Assembly (NCBI GenBank): GCA_041641305.1 | Contig: JBEPYN010000001.1 | Location: forward strand, 6,498 to 70,497 | Direction of reading: 5' to 3' | Source of the DNA: Nitrososphaerota archaeon | Lineage (GTDB): Archaea; Thermoproteota; Nitrososphaeria_A; Caldarchaeales; Caldarchaeaceae | DNA: 64,000 bases | In this document: in pieces, positions 9,233 through 17,860 of the stretch | Numbering within the stretch: position 1 is the first letter of the stretch | Layout: each line of letters opens with the position of its first letter | Made by a program: the position numbers and the translations under genes | Notes under the pieces: generated by a model | Told to the model about the DNA's origin: nothing | Database searches by the model: none | The model's input: the letters and a program-made list of their open reading frames with translations, nothing else

Positions 9233-9754
9233 ATGGCGACCCATGATTGTCTGAAGATGATTTATTCGAAAAGAGAGACCCGGATGTTTCTCGACAGACC
9301 CGTTGAAACCGAGGTAATAAACAGAATACTTGAGGCGGGGCGTCTTGCGGGAAGCGCCAAAAACAGGCAGCCTTGGCAATTCATACTGATAAGAGACAAG
9401 GAAAACCTCGAGAAGCTCTCGTCCTATGGACAGTTTGCCCAGCACCTGCCCAGCGCAGCATTCGCCATAGTTATAACAATACCTGACGCATATTTTCAGG
9501 ACAGGTTCGACGCGGGCAGAGCTGCACAAAACATGATGCTCGCCGCATACATTCTCGGCCTCGGCTCATGTCCAATAACCCTCCACAACGAAGAAGGGGC
9601 CAAAACCCATCTCAACATACCGGAAGACCAACGCATAGCCATTTGCATAGCCTTCGGATACCCCAAGCCATCCAAACCACTAGGCAAAGTAATCAGAAAA
9701 TCCATCCAAGAAATACTACACATCGAAAAATACGGCAACCAGCCAAAAAGCTAA
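9233..9754 (+). CDS. nitroreductase-family protein (FMN-dependent NAD(P)H oxidoreductase)
   Basis: RETRMFLDRPVE...AGSAKNRQPWQFILIRD is a characteristic nitroreductase motif. The ORF track starts at 9212; an alternative ATG lies at 9233. Confidence 0.65.
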   Translation: MATHDCLKMIYSKRETRMFLDRPVETEVINRILEAGRLAGSAKNRQPWQFILIRDKENLEKLSSYGQFAQHLPSAAFAIVITIPDAYFQDRFDAGRAAQNMMLAAYILGLGSCPITLHNEEGAKTHLNIPEDQRIAICIAFGYPKPSKPLGKVIRKSIQEILHIEKYGNQPKS

Positions 9755-9795
9755 GGTTTTTAGACAACATACCAAACATACATCTGACCAAGGAA

Positions 9796-9878
9796 GCCGG
9801 GGTCCCCAAGCCAGGTATGGGGCTGGTCTGCTAAACCAGTGGCCTTTGGCCGCGCGGGTTCAAATCCCGCCCCCGGCG
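9796..9878 (+). tRNA. tRNA-Ser (anticodon GCT)
   Basis: Hand-folded: acceptor GCCGGGG/CCCCGGC, 3-bp D stem, anticodon stem CTGGT/ACCAG, loop CTGCTAA (GCT), long variable arm TGGCCTTTGGCCGC, T arm GCGGG-TTCAAAT-CCCGC, discriminator G. No intron, CCA not encoded. Confidence 0.85.
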
Positions 9879-9901
9879 GCTGAGAGGCACCGCAGAGACG
9901 C

Positions 9902-9919
9902 CTCGGAGACGTCTCCGAG
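9902..9919. repeat. 18-bp perfect palindrome ctcggagacgtctccgag followed by T-tract; candidate bidirectional terminator or binding site
   Basis: Seen directly. It lies between the 3' end of tRNA-Ser and the 3' end of the convergent minus-strand gene, and a ttttta tract follows at 9925-9930. Confidence 0.4.
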
Positions 9920-9969
9920 ACACCTTTTTAGTAAAGCAGCTGAACGGAAAAGGTGCCCGGTTGACGTCT

Positions 9970-10827
9970 TCAGGTTTTGCGACTTTTGACGAGGATTAGT
10001 GAGAGGATTACCAGTAGAGTTAGCAAAACGGATTGGGCTATCAGCATTATTAATGTGTATGTCTGCTCGGGTGTGGTAGGTTGTTGTGGACCTGGTGTTT
10101 GGGTAGTGTTGTCGGCTCTTTGTGGCGGGAGTTTCACTATGCATGCGGAGAAGACCTTTATGTAGTTTCCAGAGGTGTCGACGTTTTCGGGGCTTAGTTT
10201 CTTCGAGCTGATGACTAGGTAAAAGTTCTCGCCCGTAACTTTTGGATAGCCGTAGGTGAGGACATTTACGTCGTTCACAAAGAATCTTATGATGGTTTCG
10301 TCATCTACCTCTGAATAAACCGCCTTGAGGGTGTAGGTCTTCTCTATTCCGAGAGGTATGTCATCAAGCGGGAATTCTCTGAAAAACTCAGGTATCCTCG
10401 GCGACTGGATGTAACCATTTATCGTGGACGATTTTTGCCGTATCACGAATCCAAACTCATCTCCTGTGAAGACTTTCGTGTCGTCGGTGACGAATACGGC
10501 GAACTCATCCCTATCACTTGGCGAACGATTCTCCATGTATATGCTTATCCGCGTCGAGAGGGCGAATGTTCTGCTAGCCTCGATGGATGTGATGGCTAAC
10601 GCGTCTTGGTAAACGTTTGTGGCGCGGCTTCCCGTGAACAGGTAGTGGTCGCCGTTGTAGACCGGTTGTGGGCCCATGGTGTTGTACCATTTGAAGTTTC
10701 TGTCGTAGGCTGTTGCTAGGTCTAGACATAATTCTCTGGGCTGGTCTTCTCTATGGGCTACGGCGGTGGAGGAGATGAGTAGGAGGGCGAGTAACATGGG
10801 TAGCAGTTGAACCTGTTTTAGCTTCAT
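9970..10827 (-). CDS. secreted protein with signal peptide, Thr/Pro-rich linker and C-terminal TM anchor (candidate synthase partner subunit)
   Basis: MKLKQVQLLPMLLALLLISSTAVA signal; ...TTQTPGPQQPTTPEQTYT linker; LIMLIAQSVLLTLLVILSLILVKSRKT anchor. 5 nt downstream of the GT2 gene. Confidence 0.55.
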   Translation of the reverse strand: MKLKQVQLLPMLLALLLISSTAVAHREDQPRELCLDLATAYDRNFKWYNTMGPQPVYNGDHYLFTGSRATNVYQDALAITSIEASRTFALSTRISIYMENRSPSDRDEFAVFVTDDTKVFTGDEFGFVIRQKSSTINGYIQSPRIPEFFREFPLDDIPLGIEKTYTLKAVYSEVDDETIIRFFVNDVNVLTYGYPKVTGENFYLVISSKKLSPENVDTSGNYIKVFSACIVKLPPQRADNTTQTPGPQQPTTPEQTYTLIMLIAQSVLLTLLVILSLILVKSRKT

Positions 10828-10831
10828 GTTC

Positions 10832-12562
10832 TCAGTCGTCCTTCTTTATGACCTCAAAACCTTTCGGAGGGTTTATGAGAGCATACCATGGTGCGCAGGC
10901 CTCAAGCATCATTCCGCCGATAACGGCGAATATTATTCTGTACCTTCTACGGTGTCCTCTTTTTTCGGGACCTGTGAGATAAGCATCATTCAACTTGTAG
11001 CCGCCTGCGTGGTAGCGGTATAGCGAGTACCATGTGAATCCTGCTATGATTCCTGAGGCGGGGAAAAGCCCTCCTGTAGGGTAGATTATGCTTACAGCGA
11101 ACGCTATCAGGGATGGTAGTGCCGACATCCAGCTGACCACGCCGTATAGTGCTGCGAGCCTGTACCTCAGCCTGATTCTCTTGTCAAACACTATCTGCAT
11201 GGCTCCGTGGGCCCATCGTCTTCTCTGTTTTAGGAGGTCTTTGGTCGTGAGAGGGGGTTTCTCGTAGCCGTATCCTTTTAGAATCGTCTTTCCAGGCCTA
11301 TACCGCTGCCACATCATTAAGCCGAACATCCAATCCTCTGTCTTAACATCTCCGAAGTCCCATCCAACGGCGGCTTCGACGTCTGCTCTCACGAGTAGAT
11401 GTGAACCGTGGTGTCCAAACGATAGTTTACCGTTTGTCTTGGTTGTGAGTAGTATTCGGAAGTCGTCGTAGCTACGGGAGGGTTCCTGGGCCCTTGAAGG
11501 GGTGTAGGTCAGGGAGTCGGCGTAGTTTATTATGCCGGCGGCGTAGATGTCGTGGTCGCCCGCGTTGATGATGTAGTCCATTATCCCCAGTATCGTGTCT
11601 TCACCAACTTTTGTTTCATCATCCTGATGATATATCCATGTGTCTTTGTTTACGAGACCTTCCTCAGCCATGACTTTATTGGCGTAGACAAGTGCTCTCG
11701 CCTTGTACCTTGTCCCGTTAACTGTGTTGAACTCGCGTGGGACAATTATTACTCTCGCGCCTATGGAGGCCAACTCACTGTAGCCTTTCACGTTCGCTTC
11801 ATAATCATCTTGTTCGCAGATGATCCATTGGGAAATATCCACCATTTTTCCATGTTTCAGTTCGATGATTTCTTTCCAGAAATTTGCGGATTCTACTGAC
11901 ATTTTTACGGTGACGTTGTTCCCGCCTTTGGTCGGTAAAATGAAGATGACGTGTTTATTCTTCAATTGCGCAGCGTTTTTCGTGATGTTTTGCTCATTTA
12001 TGAGAAAATCATCTTTGCCGAATGAGAGGTATCCGATGTTTTGGAGTATTAAATGCGGGGTGCCGATCAGCCAGCTATACTTTAGGCTGTGTGCCACAAA
12101 CTCTATTCCTGTTGTGACGGCTGGGGCGCCGGAGAACAAGGTGCCCATTAGGAAAGAGAAGCCGACCAGGTCAACTACATGTTGCCGTTTCTCGTCAAAA
12201 ACCGTATCGATTGATTGGTTGAAATTATCGACCGTGTATCGTAGGTAGGCCGGGTTGCTCAGTTCCTCGTGTAGGGGCCTGTGGTGGTTGAGGCTGTTGT
12301 CCATGTTTCTGTTGTTTGCAACTACTAAAACTGCTGCGATGGATGATAGTGAGAGGTCCATCAGCAGGATTACCGACGACGGGGAAGACCTCTGCATATT
12401 CTCGTAAGCCCATTGGAAGACGGAGTTGGAGTAGAGGGCCCATGGTCTCAGGTTGGCCAGTTCATAATTGGGTATTAGTGCTGGGAAAAGGATTGAGAGC
12501 ACGATTACGGCTAAGACCCAGAAGAATAGCCGGGAAAAAGTCCTGAACAGGGTTAGCTGCAT
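10832..12562 (-). CDS. processive family-2 glycosyltransferase (cellulose/chitin-synthase-like, multi-TM)
   Basis: 576 aa with N- and C-terminal TM helices. Motifs IFILPTKGG...QDDETKV (DxD), TEDW (TED), KQRRRWAHG (QxxRW). Confidence 0.75.
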   Translation of the reverse strand: MQLTLFRTFSRLFFWVLAVIVLSILFPALIPNYELANLRPWALYSNSVFQWAYENMQRSSPSSVILLMDLSLSSIAAVLVVANNRNMDNSLNHHRPLHEELSNPAYLRYTVDNFNQSIDTVFDEKRQHVVDLVGFSFLMGTLFSGAPAVTTGIEFVAHSLKYSWLIGTPHLILQNIGYLSFGKDDFLINEQNITKNAAQLKNKHVIFILPTKGGNNVTVKMSVESANFWKEIIELKHGKMVDISQWIICEQDDYEANVKGYSELASIGARVIIVPREFNTVNGTRYKARALVYANKVMAEEGLVNKDTWIYHQDDETKVGEDTILGIMDYIINAGDHDIYAAGIINYADSLTYTPSRAQEPSRSYDDFRILLTTKTNGKLSFGHHGSHLLVRADVEAAVGWDFGDVKTEDWMFGLMMWQRYRPGKTILKGYGYEKPPLTTKDLLKQRRRWAHGAMQIVFDKRIRLRYRLAALYGVVSWMSALPSLIAFAVSIIYPTGGLFPASGIIAGFTWYSLYRYHAGGYKLNDAYLTGPEKRGHRRRYRIIFAVIGGMMLEACAPWYALINPPKGFEVIKKDD

Positions 12563-12716
12563 GTTTTCACATCCAATTCACGTGCAAACTATCGCCGCGT
12601 GGTATAATAGGGTTTTATTGATGTAGCATGATGGATGTTGGGCTGAAGATATTTAGAAGGTTTTAGACGTTTGGCGGGCTGGCGGATGTGCCGAGATTGG
12701 CGTCTGTCTGGAGAGC

Positions 12717-13685
12717 CTATTGCTTCCACCATATTTCAGTTAATCGTTTTTTGATTAAGAGAGGCTTTAGGTATTGGATGGTTTTCTCCAGTCCATCCTC
12801 TTGGCTCATCACTGGGTCTTCGTGCTCATAGCTCATGACGTAGTCATAGCCAACTTCCGCGAACGCTGTAATGACTCTTTTCCATGGAACCTGTCCCCAT
12901 CCCGGTATCCTGAACCTGAAGCCTCTATCGGGCCGTAGCCAGCTCCCCGTGGGAATGGCCCCTGATGTAGACAAGTTTTCGGCCACAAGCTCCCCATCCT
13001 TCGCATGAGAGTGGAAAATTCTCTCTCCGAATTTTTTGATGAAGACAACTGGGTCAATAAGCTGCCAAACTAAATGGCTTGGGTCAAAGTTGAAACCAAA
13101 CTCTTTCTTCCAATTAATTGCCTTAAGCGCTTGCTCCGCTGTTTCCACATTATAGGCCAGTTCTTGTGGATGCACTTCATGAGCGAACTTTACGCCGCAG
13201 CTGCTATAATAGTCCAGTATCCCGCCCCATCGTTCAGCGAACAGTTCAAAATAGGATTCAAAAATCTTGTCATAACCAAACGGAAAGTTGTACCATGCAC
13301 CCCAGTTGGGGCATCCGATAAAACCTACTACAACAGGCACATCAAGTAGGCTGGCCACGTCGCATGTCTTTTTCATTCTATCGATGCCATACTTCACCTT
13401 CTCTTCATGGCTTCCCATATAGACGCCATCCGTCGACGCATCATGAGGCCCTAACACCAACTGGCCCTCCAGATGATTCGATATAGCCGAAATAAGCAGA
13501 CCGTTGTTTTCTACCACTCGCTTAATTTCCTGAGCTCCTCCGCCCAACGCTTTATCAATGTCTAAATGCCGGCTACCACGCCAGCACGCAATCTCAACAG
13601 CCTCGTAACCAAGAGAAGAAATCTGGGCTGCAACTTTTTCTAATGGAACTTCGTTGTACAGTACCGTGAAAACCCCTAACTTCAT
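12717..13685 (-). CDS. sugar phosphate isomerase/epimerase (xylose-isomerase-like TIM barrel)
   Basis: 322 aa, MKLGVFTVLYNEVPLEKVAAQISSLGYEAVEI..., typical of the AP endonuclease 2 / xylose isomerase-like fold. TATA ttttaaaatatata ~30 nt upstream on the minus strand. Confidence 0.6.
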   Translation of the reverse strand: MKLGVFTVLYNEVPLEKVAAQISSLGYEAVEIACWRGSRHLDIDKALGGGAQEIKRVVENNGLLISAISNHLEGQLVLGPHDASTDGVYMGSHEEKVKYGIDRMKKTCDVASLLDVPVVVGFIGCPNWGAWYNFPFGYDKIFESYFELFAERWGGILDYYSSCGVKFAHEVHPQELAYNVETAEQALKAINWKKEFGFNFDPSHLVWQLIDPVVFIKKFGERIFHSHAKDGELVAENLSTSGAIPTGSWLRPDRGFRFRIPGWGQVPWKRVITAFAEVGYDYVMSYEHEDPVMSQEDGLEKTIQYLKPLLIKKRLTEIWWKQ

Positions 13686-13714
13686 AAAACCTCACCGCAT
13701 CTGCTAGACCCATG

Positions 13715-13731
13715 GCATATATATTTTAAAA
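13715..13731 (-). promoter_or_regulatory. TATA element (minus strand ttttaaaatatata) ~30 nt upstream of ATG 13685
   Basis: Seen in sequence; leaderless-type spacing. Confidence 0.45.
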
Positions 13732-13794
13732 GTGGGAAAAACCATAAGCGGAGCTGGATTTTTGGGTGTCAGGTTTGAAGCCAGTTTCCTCTGC

Positions 13795-13869
13795 CGGGCC
13801 CGGTGGGACTTGAACCCACGACCTACGGCTCCGAAGGCCGCCGCGCTGTCCATTCTGCGCCACGGGCCC
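13795..13869 (-). tRNA. tRNA-Arg (anticodon TCG)
   Basis: Hand-folded reverse complement: acceptor GGGCCCG/CGGGCCC, D stem GCGC, anticodon stem GCGGC/GCCGT (one G-U), loop CTTCGGA (TCG), T arm GTGGG-TTCAAGT-CCCAC, discriminator G. Confidence 0.8.
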
Positions 13870-13914
13870 CGAGGCTGAGTGGTGCTGCCCGTGGTTATAA
13901 ATGGTGGGGTTGGT

Positions 13915-16077
13915 TTAGAGGGTTATCAGTCCGTAAATGAAGAGGGGTATGAAGACGAGGCTTAACGTGTTGAGGAGTTTGATGAGGATGTGGAGGCTTG
14001 GTGCGTAGGTGTCTTTCATGGGGTCGCCGACCGTATCGCCTACAACCGCTGCCTTGTGCGCGTCTGAGCCTTTCCGTCCAGCTATCTCGAGGTATTTTTT
14101 GGCGTTGTCCATCGCGGCTCCTCCATAGAAGCCTAGAATAGCCAAAGGTATTGCTGAGACTGTTGCGCCGATGACCAGTGCGCCGACGGCTCTCCAGCCG
14201 AGGAATATTCCGACGATTATGGGCGTGAGTGTAACTATCAGTGTTGGCGCCACCATGAGCTTAAGCGCTGTTCTTGTGGAGATGTCTACGCATCTTCCAT
14301 ATTCTGGCCTGGCCTTGCCCTCGAGTATGCCTTTTATTTCGCGGAACTGTCTTCTAACCTCTTCCACCATTTGGAATGCTCCTGTGCCGACCGCTCTAAC
14401 GGCATATCCGGAGAAGAGGTAGGGGAGCATCGCTCCTACGAAGAGGCCTATCAGGACGGCGGGGCTGTTGAGCTGTAGCTGGGTCGAGAGCTGCTCGATG
14501 TTGCTGAGGAGTTTGGCTGAAAGCTCGGGTGTGAGGTGGCTCAGCTCGATAATGCCGGCCATGTATCTTCCAACTTCGAGTAGGAATGCTTGGAAAAGAA
14601 GCAGGGCTGCGAGGGCCGCGGATCCCATGGCATAGGATTTTGTCAGCGCCTTTGTTGTGTTGCCGAGTGCGTCGAGGGGCTCGAGTCTATCACGTATTGT
14701 TTTCGGCGCGTTAGCCATCTCAGCTATCCCGCCAGCGTTGTCCACAATCGGGCCCAAGCCATCCATCGTGAGGACGAAGCCTGCTGTGGAGAGCATACCC
14801 ATCGTGGCCATGGTTGTGCCAAACACGCCGCCGAGGAAGAGGTCGGGCAGGCCGACGGCCCGCGCCCATTCTATACCGAGCAGGAAAGATATGGCTATTG
14901 CGACGACCACAGTTATCACCGGCAGGGCCGTGGAAACCATTCCGACTGAGAGGCCTGAGACGACTGTTAGTGCGGGGCCTGACTCGCTGTTTGTGGCTAT
15001 TAGGCTGACGTGTCGTGATTTTAGGCTGGTGTAGATTTCGCTGTAGAACATGATGAGTATTCCCGCGACCAGTCCAACAAGCATCGTGACGAAGAGGGGT
15101 AGGAAGCCGCCTCCGAAGACAATGCTCGTCACAACATACATAAGTATAGCTGCAACGATTGATGTGACGATTAAGCCGTTGCGCAAGGGTTCAATAGATT
15201 CTTTGAAGCTTTTCTGGTATAGGGCCCATCCCACGCCTGCTAGCGTCGCGACTACACCGACCGCTCTCACCACAAGGGGGAGAACGACGTATGTTTCGTT
15301 GATTTTCTCAAAAAGTATGATGGATATGATGAGTGCTACAATCATTCCCCCGAGGTTTTCGGCTGTAACTGATTCGAAGAGGTCGGCGCCTCTTCCGGCT
15401 TCGTCTCCGACGTTGTCGCCCACTTGGTCAGCGATCACCGCGGGGTTGCGGGGGTCGTCTTCGGGTATTCCTGCTTCAACTTTGCCAACCAAGTCGGCTC
15501 CGATATCCGCGCTCTTCGTGTAAATTCCTCCACCAAGCTGTGCGAACAACGCGGCCAAGCTGGCGCCGAAGCCGAAGCCCGCCAAAACACCCGGGTCGCG
15601 GAAAACGAGGTAAAGAATCGTAAGCCCGAGCAGGCTCATGGCTATGACCGCGAGGCCGAGGGCCGCACCACCCATGGTCGCTACGCGGAGAGCGCTCACC
15701 GAGTCTTTTGAGGCGGCGTATGTTGTGCGGACGTTGGCCCGTGTCGCGGAGTCCATGGCTATTGTTGCCGCGATGAGGGAGAAGGCGACTCCGAGGAGGA
15801 AGCTGCCACCTATCTGGAGACCGTAGACCAGCCCACCCATCTGTGGAAAAGCCGCGAAGCTGACTATGATGAGTATGAAAATGAATATGCTTATGACGAA
15901 GATGGTTCTGTACTGGCGTTTTAGGTATGCGATGGAGCCTTCTCTGATGGCTGACCAAACCGAGACAAACTCCGGCCCACCCTTTGGGTAGCGGTTTACC
16001 AACGCGACGAAGCCGACGGCAGACAGCGCACCCAGCGCGCCGAGGAGCAGAGCGACTGTGAGAAAATCTACCATCAT
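13915..16077 (-). CDS. hppA: membrane-bound H+-translocating pyrophosphatase
   Basis: 720 aa polytopic protein. GGIYTKSADIGADLVGKVEAGIPEDDPRNPAVIADQVGDNVGD is the H+-PPase signature. Confidence 0.95.
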   Translation of the reverse strand: MMVDFLTVALLLGALGALSAVGFVALVNRYPKGGPEFVSVWSAIREGSIAYLKRQYRTIFVISIFIFILIIVSFAAFPQMGGLVYGLQIGGSFLLGVAFSLIAATIAMDSATRANVRTTYAASKDSVSALRVATMGGAALGLAVIAMSLLGLTILYLVFRDPGVLAGFGFGASLAALFAQLGGGIYTKSADIGADLVGKVEAGIPEDDPRNPAVIADQVGDNVGDEAGRGADLFESVTAENLGGMIVALIISIILFEKINETYVVLPLVVRAVGVVATLAGVGWALYQKSFKESIEPLRNGLIVTSIVAAILMYVVTSIVFGGGFLPLFVTMLVGLVAGILIMFYSEIYTSLKSRHVSLIATNSESGPALTVVSGLSVGMVSTALPVITVVVAIAISFLLGIEWARAVGLPDLFLGGVFGTTMATMGMLSTAGFVLTMDGLGPIVDNAGGIAEMANAPKTIRDRLEPLDALGNTTKALTKSYAMGSAALAALLLFQAFLLEVGRYMAGIIELSHLTPELSAKLLSNIEQLSTQLQLNSPAVLIGLFVGAMLPYLFSGYAVRAVGTGAFQMVEEVRRQFREIKGILEGKARPEYGRCVDISTRTALKLMVAPTLIVTLTPIIVGIFLGWRAVGALVIGATVSAIPLAILGFYGGAAMDNAKKYLEIAGRKGSDAHKAAVVGDTVGDPMKDTYAPSLHILIKLLNTLSLVFIPLFIYGLITL

Positions 16078-16141
16078 CTCGGCTACTGAGGTTTTCCTTC
16101 TTCTATAAGAGTTTAATGAATTGCGTGATGCAGGGTAAGCG

Positions 16142-16149
16142 ATATATTA
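16142..16149 (+). promoter_or_regulatory. TATA box (atatatta) ~22 nt upstream of GTG 16172
   Basis: Seen in sequence. Confidence 0.4.
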
Positions 16150-16171
16150 GACTCCATGCTGTAACCCGTTT

Positions 16172-16786
16172 GTGGATACGGGTCTCCCTCCGGGCCAGGT
16201 TTGGGCGAGGAACTGGGTTATTTACTCAGCCTTGGGAACACCGAAAATTGATGCTGAAAGCTATAGGCTACGTGTCACGGGTCTTGTTGAGGAGCCGCGT
16301 GAATACAGTTATCATCAGCTTCTCGAGATGGCTGATGTCGAATATGTCAAATCCTTCCACTGCGTGACCAAGTGGAGCATCAAAGACGTTAGGTGGACAG
16401 GGGTGAGTCTGAAGAAACTGCTTGAGAACTCGCGGGTTAAGAAAGAGGGTAAATGGATTATGTTTGTGTGTGCGGATGGGTATACGGCTCCTGTGCCTTT
16501 GGAGGATGCTTTGTCGGATGACGCGATTGTCGCCTTGAAGATGGATGGGCGACCGCTTGAGATTGATCAGGGTTTTCCCGCGAGGCCGTTTATTCCTCAT
16601 CTCTATGGGTGGAAGAGCGCTAAGTGGCTTACTGAGATTGAGGTGTTGCCGGCATATGTGGATGGTTACTGGGAGATGTATGGATATCATGAGAGGGGTA
16701 ATGTTTGGGCTGAGGAGAGGTTTAAGGGCATGGGCTTCAGACACGCATTACGGAAGGCGGCGGGCATCATTCAGCGGGGAATTTGA
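16172..16786 (+). CDS. molybdopterin-binding oxidoreductase (sulfite-oxidase/YedY-MsrP-like Moco domain)
   Basis: LPPGQVWARNW...RLRVTGLVEEPREYSYHQLLEM...FHCVTKWSIKDVRWTGVSLKKLL is the conserved Moco-domain core with Cys ligand. GTG start. Confidence 0.7.
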   Translation: MDTGLPPGQVWARNWVIYSALGTPKIDAESYRLRVTGLVEEPREYSYHQLLEMADVEYVKSFHCVTKWSIKDVRWTGVSLKKLLENSRVKKEGKWIMFVCADGYTAPVPLEDALSDDAIVALKMDGRPLEIDQGFPARPFIPHLYGWKSAKWLTEIEVLPAYVDGYWEMYGYHERGNVWAEERFKGMGFRHALRKAAGIIQRGI

Positions 16787-17339
16787 CAAACTTGGGCCAG
16801 CCAGGCCTCGCAGACCCGATGTAAAGCACAGGTTTGTAAACCCTAAGCATCCAATACTCGCCGAAATCATCCGAAGCCCGTGCATCAACAACCTTCGCCA
16901 CGTAAAGCATGTGGTCACCCGTGTCAAGACGTGCCGAGACCCTGCACTCGAGATATGCGCTTGCGTCGACGAGGATAGGAGCTCCCGTGTTTTCTCCTGG
17001 CCTGTGCATCAATCCACATTCCTTTAGCTTGTCAACTGTTGTGGGCGCCGCGGGTTTTGCAAGTAGCTCCATCTTTTCAACGTGTTCGTGGGAGAGCCAG
17101 TTGACAGAGAAGGTTTGTGACTTCTCCACAAGTTGTGTCGTGGTGTGGTTTTTTCCAAGGGCCGCTGCTACTTTGGGCGGGTTGAATGAGACGGGCATAA
17201 CGCTCGAGGCTAGAAGTCCCCCAACCTTTTCCCCATCCGTTGCAGTTACCACAGCGGCTACCTGCGGATAAAAGAGCCTATGAAACCTCTCAAACGGCAC
17301 CTTCTTCAACATCCATCCTCTTCTCCAAGAATTTGACAC
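16767..17339 (-). CDS. flavin reductase family protein (HpaC-like NAD(P)H:flavin oxidoreductase)
   Basis: 190 aa. FNPPKVAAALGKNHTTTQLVEKSQTFSVNWLSHEH...LYVAKVV is flavin-reductase-like beta-barrel sequence. Confidence 0.65.
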   Translation of the reverse strand: MSNSWRRGWMLKKVPFERFHRLFYPQVAAVVTATDGEKVGGLLASSVMPVSFNPPKVAAALGKNHTTTQLVEKSQTFSVNWLSHEHVEKMELLAKPAAPTTVDKLKECGLMHRPGENTGAPILVDASAYLECRVSARLDTGDHMLYVAKVVDARASDDFGEYWMLRVYKPVLYIGSARPGWPKFVKFPAE

Positions 17340-17860
17340 GCTTCGTCGAGCGACGCGATTCTTTTGATGTTTGGCGCAGGCTTGACCTTCTTGTTCCAGT
17401 TCTGGTCATACAGTAGAACCATGCGCTGTGTGTTGGCTAGCTTCTCGGCTAGATGCGGCGAATCATCTATGTATACGTCGTAGACGAAGCTGGCTTTGCT
17501 TGCTTTAAGAGGAACCCAGATGAAGCGTCTATAGTTTATGCCGTGGTGTTTGAGCCATTGCTTGACGTATTCGATTGTCTCTGCGGGCCGCTGCGTCAAG
17601 ATATCCACCTCCCCGACCATGTTCAGTTTCTCAACATCCTCGGCAACATCATCCTCTATGGGCATAAGCTCAGTCCATCTCCTCCAGCTCCGGGTGATCA
17701 ACTCGATGAACTCTTGACGCGTCATGGAGAGCTTAACCCAGAACTCCCACTCAGTTATCATGTCACGAGATAGACGACGCCCCGTATCCTCTTCATACAG
17801 CTTGATAATCATACCAGCGAGGTCGGCGAGCACACCGTCAACATCAAGCGCTATTTTCAT
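17306..17860 (-). CDS. HAD-superfamily 5'(3')-deoxyribonucleotidase-like phosphatase (NT5C family)
   Basis: MKIALDVDGVLADL (DxDGV motif I) ...DVYIDDSP (motif IV). The ORF track starts at 17938; I prefer ATG 17860 (MKIALD...), which overlaps the helicase 3' end by 17 nt. Confidence 0.6.
   Translation of the reverse strand: MKIALDVDGVLADLAGMIIKLYEEDTGRRLSRDMITEWEFWVKLSMTRQEFIELITRSWRRWTELMPIEDDVAEDVEKLNMVGEVDILTQRPAETIEYVKQWLKHHGINYRRFIWVPLKASKASFVYDVYIDDSPHLAEKLANTQRMVLLYDQNWNKKVKPAPNIKRIASLDEACQILGEEDGC

Noticed and set aside
12225-12546. ORFs 12225..12443 (-) and 12316..12546 (+) inside the GT2 gene
   Set aside because: Alternative-frame artefacts within a gene with full GT2 motif complement.
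14171-15958. Multiple 60-160 aa ORFs on both strands inside hppA
   Set aside because: Arg/Pro/Ala-rich translations typical of GC-rich antisense frames. hppA is unambiguous.
16172-17339. Convergent overlap (20 nt) of Moco oxidoreductase and flavin reductase as a functional pair
   Set aside because: The overlap is 3'-3'. The flavin reductase is in the same operon frame-string as the helicase cluster rather than with the Moco enzyme, so I do not propose a two-component enzyme here.
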